Source of the DNA: an uncultured virus (IMG/VR IMGVR_UViG_3300033158_000302)
Lineage: Duplodnaviria > Heunggongvirae > Uroviricota > Caudoviricetes
DNA: 64,000 nt
IMG/VR virus record: IMGVR_UViG_3300033158_000302
Direction: 5' to 3' (one strand)
Under the pieces are notes generated by a model, which was not told the DNA's origin, did no database searches, and saw only the letters and a list, made by a program, of their open reading frames with translations. Positions 27,057 through 34,415 of this stretch are shown one piece after another (the first letter of the stretch is position 1; the number at the start of each line of letters is the position of its first letter). The translations under genes were made by a program, and so were the position numbers.

Positions 27057-30000
27057 ATGATGCCGTCTGGTATGCACGTCGCCGCCTCCAATGGCCGCGG
27101 TTCCGCGCCTACCTCCCCGACTGGAAGACCTGATGTACTCTGGGGCCTTCCTGGTCAGGGCGGCCTGCTAACTGAGTGGGCTGAGACGGTGCCGTTAACC
27201 GGATTTGACGTGGCCCGAGAGCGTTCGGACTTATGGGCGGATGCGCCGCGACGCGCGGCTTACCGCGGTGCTGTCCGCCTACTTCCTGCCGCTGCTGCGT
27301 GCGACCTGGGCGGTTGACCCGGACGGCATTGACCGGGCTGAGGCTGTCGACCTGGTCGCATCGGATCTGGGCTTGCCGATCCTGGGGCAGAAAACCAAGC
27401 CGTCCGGCCCGGCGATCAGGGGGTTCAAATGGCATGACCATGCGCGGATTGCGCTGCTCAACCTCGTGTATGGGCATATGCCGTTCGAGGAATGGTTTGT
27501 GGAGCGGGATGGCCGCACGCATCTGGCTGGTATCGGGGAACGGCAGCCGCACACCATCGCGATCATCGACATCAACGATGACGGCACGGTCCGGCAGATC
27601 AGCCAGAACACCCAGAATGAGCCGGTCGCCGGGCGGAACTTGCTGTGGTATGTGAATCAGCGGGAGGGCGCTAACTGGGCCGGCGTCAGCATGCTGCGCT
27701 CGTGTTATACGCCATGGATCCTTAAACACGAAACAATGAGGGTCCACGCCACCAGCATCCGCCGGTTCGGGATGGGTGTGCCGTCCGTGTCCGCGCCGCC
27801 CGGCGGCACCCCCGGGCAGGTGCAGCAAGCCCAGCAGCTCGCCTCGCAAATGCGCGCCGGGGACACCGCCGGAGTCGGCCTGCCGTCGGGATTCCAGTAC
27901 GCGCTGACCGGCCTGACCGGGTCGGTGCCGGACGCGCTCGGGTTCCTGAAATACTGCAATCAGGAAATGACCACCAGCGCGCTCACCCAGCTCCTGGAAC
28001 TCGGCACCACCCAGACCGGCTCGCGCGCCGTCGGCGAGAACTTCCTCGACCTGTTCCTGCTGAGCCTGCAAGCATGCGCCGACGCGATCGGTGACACGGC
28101 CACCACCGGCCAGCCGGGCATGGCCGGCCTCGCCCGTGATCTGGTCGAATACAACTGGGGTGAAGGGGAACCGGTCCCCGCGATCCGGGCAACCGACGTC
28201 GGTGACCGGCACGAAATCACCGCCCTGTCCATTCAGCAGCTCATGGCGGGCGGCGCTATCCAGGCGGACCCGGCGCTGGAAGCCTACGTCCGCAACGCCT
28301 GGGGGCTGCCTGCCCGCAGCATCCCGTGGACCCCGCCGCCGCTCAAATCGGGGCAAACCCAGCCCGGCGGTCCTGGCCCGGCAGGGGGCGGCAGCGCACC
28401 GGCGAACCCGTCCCCTGCCGCACCATCACCGGCTGCCCCGGCGAACCCGCCCGCGCCCGCGCGGGGGCCTGTTCCACGTGAAACAGCACCGGCCGCCGCC
28501 GCCGACATGCGCCGCGCCCTCACCCCGACCGAAGCCGCCGCCGGCATGGACCCGCTCGCGATCGCCAGCGAATCAGCGTCCGCGGTGGACGCGCTGATGG
28601 CCCACTGGGAACCTGTCATGCGCGCCCAACGGCACGACCTGTCCGAACAGGTGACCGCCGCCGTCGATGACGGCAACCTCGCGCACCTGCCCGCCATCCG
28701 CCCCGACACCACCACCGCGACCCGGCTGCTCGGCGACGCCATGACCGCCATGGCGTGGACCGGTGCACAGCGGATGATCCGGGAAGCCGCCGCCCAGCAC
28801 GTCATCATCAACCCCTCAACCGTCGTCATCGACGACACGAAACTCCGGCAGGTCGCCGCCGCCCGCGCCGGGCTGATCGCCGCCCGGTACGCCGCCGAGG
28901 CCGCCAAAGGCGCCCTGTCCGTCGTCACCGCCAGCGCCGGCACCGACGCCGGCGACTACGTGTCGGTGCTGCTCGCCGGGCTGTCCCTGACCCCACTCGA
29001 AGACGACTTCCGCGCCGCGATGAACGCCGCCCAGAACACCGGCCGGGTCGCCGCCATCACCGCCGGCATCAACGCCGGGCACGACCCGGTCTGCTACGCG
29101 AGCGAAATCCTCGACCGCAACACCTGCCCGCCGTGTGCCAGCATCGACGGGCACCAGTTCGCCACCCCCGCCGAAGCTGAAGCCGCCTACGCCGGCGGCG
29201 CCTACGTGCGCTGCGAAGGACGGCTCCGCTGCCGCGGCACCATCATCACCCAATGGGAAGGCGGGGACAGTCCCCCTTTCGGCCTAGCCGCGGCCTGGGA
29301 TGAAGCCAGGCATCCGCGCGGCGTGCACGGCGAATGGGTGACGCTCGGCTACGACCAGCTCGATAAGCATCTGGCCGCCACCTTCCACCCCGCCCAGCTT
29401 GAGGCGGACCGGGCCAGGCACCCCCGGTCCGGGTACATGGTCGAAGTCGGCAAGGAACGCCGCGTCCACCAGCCGCCCGCATCCGCCGTGCACGACAGTA
29501 AGTCCCTCGGCCCCGAAGGCCCCGCCGTGTTCGACGTCATCGACCACGGCACCCTCGCCCAGGGTGAGAACCTGCTCGTCTACCCCAAGCACGCCGGCAC
29601 CGAACCGATCAAGCACGTGTACCGGGGGATGTCGGCCGCCGAATGGGACCAGGCCCAGGCACGCGGCCACATCGCCTCCGATGAGCGCGGCGCCATCAGC
29701 CCCCTGGAAGGCACCAACGCTGCCGCCGACCCCCGTGACGCGGTGTCCTATCTGCCCGGCTCCGGGGAAGGCTACGTCGCGAAAATCGCGGTCAACCCGG
29801 CTGACAAGTGGTTCACGATCCATGCTGACGACTACCTGCGGACAAGGAAGCCGATCCCCCTGGACCGGGTACAGAAAGTAGCCAGATTCCGGCGGACCGC
29901 AGACGGCCAGCTTGAAATCCCCCGCGACGCGCTAGCACCGGCCGCGGCCTGGGATGAAGCCAAGCATCCCCGCGGCTGGCATGGCCGGTTCGGGCACGGC

Positions 30001-30849
30001 ACCAAACCCGGCGGCGGCAAAACCAGCAGCCCCGGCGGGATCAGCGACGCCGCGTTCGAGGCCCGGCAGAAAATGGTCGCCAAAGAGATCGCCGCCGCCG
30101 CCGCGAAAAACACCGCGGTCACCGAGACCCTCGATGGGCACGGCGAAATCTACAGCCCAGCCCGCGCGAAAATCCACAACGAAATCGTCACCGCGATCAT
30201 GACAAAGGCCGCCACCGTCCCCGACCAGGGCAAGGCGATCCTCGGCGGCGGGCTGCCCGCATCGGGGAAAACCAGCGCAATGCGCGCCATCCCCGGCATG
30301 AACATGGACGACTACCTGTGGGTCGCCCAGGACGACATTCAGGAAGAACTCGCCAACCGCGGACTGATCCCCAAAGTGGACGGCCTATCCCCCATGGAAT
30401 GCGCCCCGCTGGTGGTCGAAGAATCCCGGCACGTCGCCAACATGGTCCTGGCCCGCTGCGCCGCCGAACACAAAAACGTGATCATCGAGCTGACGATGAA
30501 CCCGTCCGACAACATCGAGCAGCGCGTCGCCATCCTGCACCAAGAGGGATACACCGACGTCGAAGGCGTCTACATCGACATCCCGCTGGACACCTCCATC
30601 ACCCGGGCACTGAACCGGTACCGGACCGGCCTGGACGCCTGGCGGCACGGGCAAGGCAACGGCGCCCGCCGCATCTCCCCCGCCGACCTCACCGAAACGT
30701 GGGGGACCAGCGACCCGGACGTGTCACTGAACGAGGAAAACTTCACCCGCAACGAGCAAATCTTCGACGGCTGGTACAAGTTCGACAACTCCCAATACGG
30801 GCGCCCGCCGATGCTGGTCGACTCATCTATGCCGGCGCCGCCGTCATGA
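27057..30849 (+). CDS. Portal (DUF935-like)-MuF-cargo polyprotein; 27057-27194 joined to 27202-30849 by a putative 7-nt bypass
   Basis: Joined reading gives ETVP|DLTWPESVRTYGRMRRD; portal motifs SMLR..Y.PW..K, RFGMGVP, GSRAVG; MuF D.NTC..C...DG...C.G..RCRG; C-terminal zeta kinase. Confidence 0.85.
28500..29270 (+). other. MuF (phage Mu gpF-like minor head) domain
   Basis: AQNTGR, YASEILDRNTCPPCASIDG, CEGRLRCRG. Confidence 0.8.
30040..30849 (+). other. Zeta-toxin-like P-loop kinase domain
   Basis: R..IH..IV, GGLPASGKT, DDI.EEL, EES, NVII, GY..V...YID.P...S..RA..R, R.I, W..FDNS. Confidence 0.8.
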
Positions 30850-32621
30850 GCGCCGTCACCGCCATCCTCGCCCAGCTCGCCGACGGCACCCTGCAACTGG
30901 AGCAGGCCGCCGCCACGTTCGAGACCATGACCTGGCCGCAGCACCCGCCCGTCCCCGTGCTCGCGTTCCCGCCCGACCCGCCCGGATCATTCGCCGAAGT
31001 CGCCAACGCCTACGCGGCCGGGCAAATCACCGACGCCCAGTACGCGGCGCTCGCCGCTGCTGCAGCCAAAGCGATGACCGGCGCGCCCGCCGCGGCGTTC
31101 CGGGTTGATGAGCCACGCGACGAGCACGGCCGGTGGACCCGCATCGGTGAACTGAAAGCCCCCACCGCCCTGGACCCGCACTACAACGAAATCCCGGAAA
31201 CCAAAGGGATCAGCCGCACCAAAAGCACCTACGAGGAAGGCGGCGGCACCGGGCAGGCCCGGGAAGACCAGGCCCGCCGCGGCCCGGTCCGGGAAATCGC
31301 CGCACCGATCACCGCGAAAGAAGCACGCGGCAACAGCCGCCCCGTCACCGCCAGCCAATTCCAGGAACTGGCCCGCAAAGGACTCAATCAGCTCGGCGTC
31401 CTGCGATTCCAGCGGTCCCCGATCAGCGGCCTGGACAGGAACTGGGCCGCGATCAAACGGGACGCCTACACCGAGGCCCGCAAATCATGGGGCGGCCTGA
31501 CCGTCGACGCGCACACCGGCAAGCCGCTGGCCACCAACGCCGACAAATACGCTCTGTCGGTGAAAAAAGCCGGGCAGCTCACCGTCAGCGTCCCCGAGAA
31601 CGCCACCCGTGCACAGTTCGACCAGGCGATGGACCGGGCGCTCGCCCAGTTCCGCGGCGACCTGGAAGCCCAGCAATTCCACCTCGGCATCTTCCACGAC
31701 GACGACGAGCACCGCATCGACATAGACCCGGTGCTGGTGGTCGACACCCCCAGTGAGGTGGAAACGATCGGCGCTTATACGCACGCCATCGGCGGCGCTT
31801 ACCACTTCAGGACCGGCGACGGCTACTTCCCCCCGCACGTCGCCGAACCCGCCGATGTCGCCGCCGAAGCGGACGGGCAGCCGGTGCACTGGGCTGGCCC
31901 GGGCCAGTGGCGCACCAACGCGGACCGCACCCAGCCGCGCCTGTCCCCCGAGCAAGACACCGAAATCGAGCAGGCTGGCAAGCCTGGCCCGGCCGCCGCG
32001 TGGAACCCCGACGAGCTACGCGACCGGGCCGGCCGGTGGGCCAAAGACACCATCAGCCCGCTATCGGACCGGGACGCGCACGCCCTCGACGAATACACCA
32101 CCAACGTCGACGTCGCACCCGAGGTCACCAAAAACGGTTACCGGCAGCTCGCCTCATCGTTCCGGCTCATCCCGCCGCAGCTCCGCCCCAAACTCGCCGC
32201 CAACATCAGCCGCATCCACATCCACGGATCCCCCGAACTGTTCGAGATCCCCGGCGAAGGCACCGTATCGGTCGACGGCTACTACAACACCGAAACCGCT
32301 GAACTGACCGTCATGGCCAGCGCCGCCGGCGCCACCCGCGCCGCCGTCCACGAACTCATGCACGCCGCCGACCGCAAAGGCCACGGCGAAGGCCACTTCA
32401 GCGCCACCCCGCAGTTCACGGCCCTCGCCGACGCGATCCGCGGTTCCGGTGCCGTCATCGACGTCCACTACCAGCGGGACCCGGAAATGTTCGCGGAACT
32501 GGCCGCCTGCTACGCGCAGAAAGCCCCCTACGTCCTCACCGACGAGTTCAGTGTCTTCCCGGCTGACCTGCGTGACCAGCTCGACACCTACTTCCGCGCC
32601 ATCCTGGGGCCGCCGGTATGA
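30846..32621 (+). CDS. Polyprotein: zeta-partner-like domain, SAM-lyase-like domain and HEXXH zincin metallopeptidase
   Basis: ATGA coupling at 30846; two HPR-like tags; VHELMH and EMFAE zincin motifs. Confidence 0.75.
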   Translation: MSAVTAILAQLADGTLQLEQAAATFETMTWPQHPPVPVLAFPPDPPGSFAEVANAYAAGQITDAQYAALAAAAAKAMTGAPAAAFRVDEPRDEHGRWTRIGELKAPTALDPHYNEIPETKGISRTKSTYEEGGGTGQAREDQARRGPVREIAAPITAKEARGNSRPVTASQFQELARKGLNQLGVLRFQRSPISGLDRNWAAIKRDAYTEARKSWGGLTVDAHTGKPLATNADKYALSVKKAGQLTVSVPENATRAQFDQAMDRALAQFRGDLEAQQFHLGIFHDDDEHRIDIDPVLVVDTPSEVETIGAYTHAIGGAYHFRTGDGYFPPHVAEPADVAAEADGQPVHWAGPGQWRTNADRTQPRLSPEQDTEIEQAGKPGPAAAWNPDELRDRAGRWAKDTISPLSDRDAHALDEYTTNVDVAPEVTKNGYRQLASSFRLIPPQLRPKLAANISRIHIHGSPELFEIPGEGTVSVDGYYNTETAELTVMASAAGATRAAVHELMHAADRKGHGEGHFSATPQFTALADAIRGSGAVIDVHYQRDPEMFAELAACYAQKAPYVLTDEFSVFPADLRDQLDTYFRAILGPPV

Positions 32622-32791
32622 CCACACCCGCCGACCTGGAAAACGCAGCCTGCATCGCCGTCACCTACCCCGACGGCCGGCACGGCTACCTGACCGGCGC
32701 CCAGGCCGCCGGCGCCAAACCGGTCCCAGCATCGGGGCCAGACGAAGGGGAGGTCCCTGATGGTGACCGCCCCCAGCCGCCCATGGGATGA
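32618..32791 (+). CDS. Small protein coupled to the metallopeptidase gene
   Basis: ATGA overlap, 57 aa, read manually. Confidence 0.4.
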   Translation: MTTPADLENAACIAVTYPDGRHGYLTGAQAAGAKPVPASGPDEGEVPDGDRPQPPMG

Positions 32792-34415
32792 GACCAAGCA
32801 CCCACGCGACTGGCGCGGCGAGTTCGCCCGCGTCCCGGGAATCCGCAACCCGGCCGGGGCACTGACCGCCGGCACCCGGATGAGCATGCGGGACGTCCCC
32901 GACCATGACCCGCTGTGGGCCAAACTCGACACCCGCCTCGCCGCAGCCCGCACCGGCGTCCGCGGCCACCAAGGGGAACTGCGCCGCCCCGCCCTGCCGC
33001 CCTATGCCGAAGCGGTCACCCGCTGCGCGGACACCATCGTCGCGGCGATCGCCAAGCAAAACACCCTGGAGGCTGGCCGGGGCTGGTATCCCGCCGAACA
33101 CGCCCGCGCGCAGCGACGCGCCGTCGCCTACCACGTGCCGCTGGAACGGGCCGTCGCCGTCGAGTCAGCAACCAGCCCCCGCTGCTCCTACACCCGCAAC
33201 CAGAAAGTCACCAACGAAATCCTCGACGCCGCACCCCGGCTCGGCAAAACCGCCACCGAAATCAAAGACCTGTTCGGCGGCGGCATCTTGTCCCAGATAC
33301 GCGACCAGGGGATCGACCTCGCGCTCGGCGCCAGCATCGAGAAAACCCTCACCGGCCCGAAACGCCGCGCGTTCTACGACAACATCATGTGGCCGGGAAA
33401 AACCGACCAGGTCACGGTCGACACGTGGATGCTGACCGCGCTGACTGACGCGCTCGGTCTGACCCCTGAACAGTCCAAAGCCCTCGCCACTGAACGGCTC
33501 GGCCCCATCGACGGGATCGGGCTGATGCTGGCCGCTGACGCCAACCCAGCCGCCTGGGCGCTGGTGCAAGCCGACCCCCGCTACCGCGCGCTGCACCTGG
33601 ACCTGGCCACCGCCCAGCACGCCGCCCGCACCGGCACACCCCTGCCCGCATCAGCCGCGACCGGAGGTGACCCGGTGCCCTACAAGCTGCGCGGCGACTA
33701 CCCCGGCTGCGACGGCACCGCCGTCGTCAACGCCACCACCGGGAAACTGGTGCCCGGCGGCTGCCACCCCACCCGCGGCAAAGCCCTCGCCCACCTGCGT
33801 GCCCTGATAGCCAACGTCCCCGACGCGGCGGACCAGGACCTGGCGCTGACCCTGACCTTCCCCGATGCCCCCGGAGGAACCATGACCACCGGCGCCACCT
33901 GGAGCATCGACGCGCGCGAATGGCACGAAGAACTGCATCCCCGCGAACACGGCCGGTTCGTCAAGAAAGGCACCCCCACCAGCCCCGGCAAAAGCGCCCC
34001 TGCCACCCCCGGTAAAGCGCCTGCCGTGCCAGGCGTCGCCCACAAAGCACCCGGCGTGCTGAGCCCGGAACACATCACCGCGTTCGGCAACAGCGTCGAC
34101 CAGGCCGAAGCGGACCTGACCCGCGCCGAGCACGGCGCCGGGGTCAGCCCCGAAATACGCCGCGAAATGGAAGCGGTCATCGCCGAACTCCGCGCCGGGC
34201 AGCAGCGGATGCTCGCCGAAGAAAAAGCCAAGAAAGACGACGAAGAGAAAGCCAAGTCCCGGCGGAAACTCATCCACCACATAATCACCGTGATCGCCGC
34301 CGCCGTCCTCACCTTGCTCGCGACACAGATGGCTGCTGCGCCGCTGCTGCTGGTCCTGGCCTCACTCGGCCCCTTCGCCCTGCAAGAGGCCGCTGACTTC
34401 ATCAAGAAGGTCTGA
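32760..34415 (+). CDS. Polyprotein: DUF7178-like domain, GCH domain and TM-containing module
   Basis: GGAGG RBS; GWY...A..SP...N, GPK..AFYDNI, VTVD.W motifs; two HPR tags; C-terminal hydrophobic helices. Confidence 0.7.
   Translation: MVTAPSRPWDETKHPRDWRGEFARVPGIRNPAGALTAGTRMSMRDVPDHDPLWAKLDTRLAAARTGVRGHQGELRRPALPPYAEAVTRCADTIVAAIAKQNTLEAGRGWYPAEHARAQRRAVAYHVPLERAVAVESATSPRCSYTRNQKVTNEILDAAPRLGKTATEIKDLFGGGILSQIRDQGIDLALGASIEKTLTGPKRRAFYDNIMWPGKTDQVTVDTWMLTALTDALGLTPEQSKALATERLGPIDGIGLMLAADANPAAWALVQADPRYRALHLDLATAQHAARTGTPLPASAATGGDPVPYKLRGDYPGCDGTAVVNATTGKLVPGGCHPTRGKALAHLRALIANVPDAADQDLALTLTFPDAPGGTMTTGATWSIDAREWHEELHPREHGRFVKKGTPTSPGKSAPATPGKAPAVPGVAHKAPGVLSPEHITAFGNSVDQAEADLTRAEHGAGVSPEIRREMEAVIAELRAGQQRMLAEEKAKKDDEEKAKSRRKLIHHIITVIAAAVLTLLATQMAAAPLLLVLASLGPFALQEAADFIKKV

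Noticed and set aside
27192..27201. TTAA insertion as a transposon footprint or portal pseudogene
   Set aside because: Not excluded, but no IS is present in the window and all other structural genes look intact; the in-frame TTA with matched CCG codons fits bypassing better
27205..27207. TTG as the true portal start
   Set aside because: No RBS, and it truncates the conserved-looking ETVPDLTWP segment; the upstream ATG has a GAAGGGGG RBS
30318..30845. N-terminal extension of the 767-aa ORF
   Set aside because: Overlaps the zeta domain in another frame; the real start is the coupled ATG at 30846
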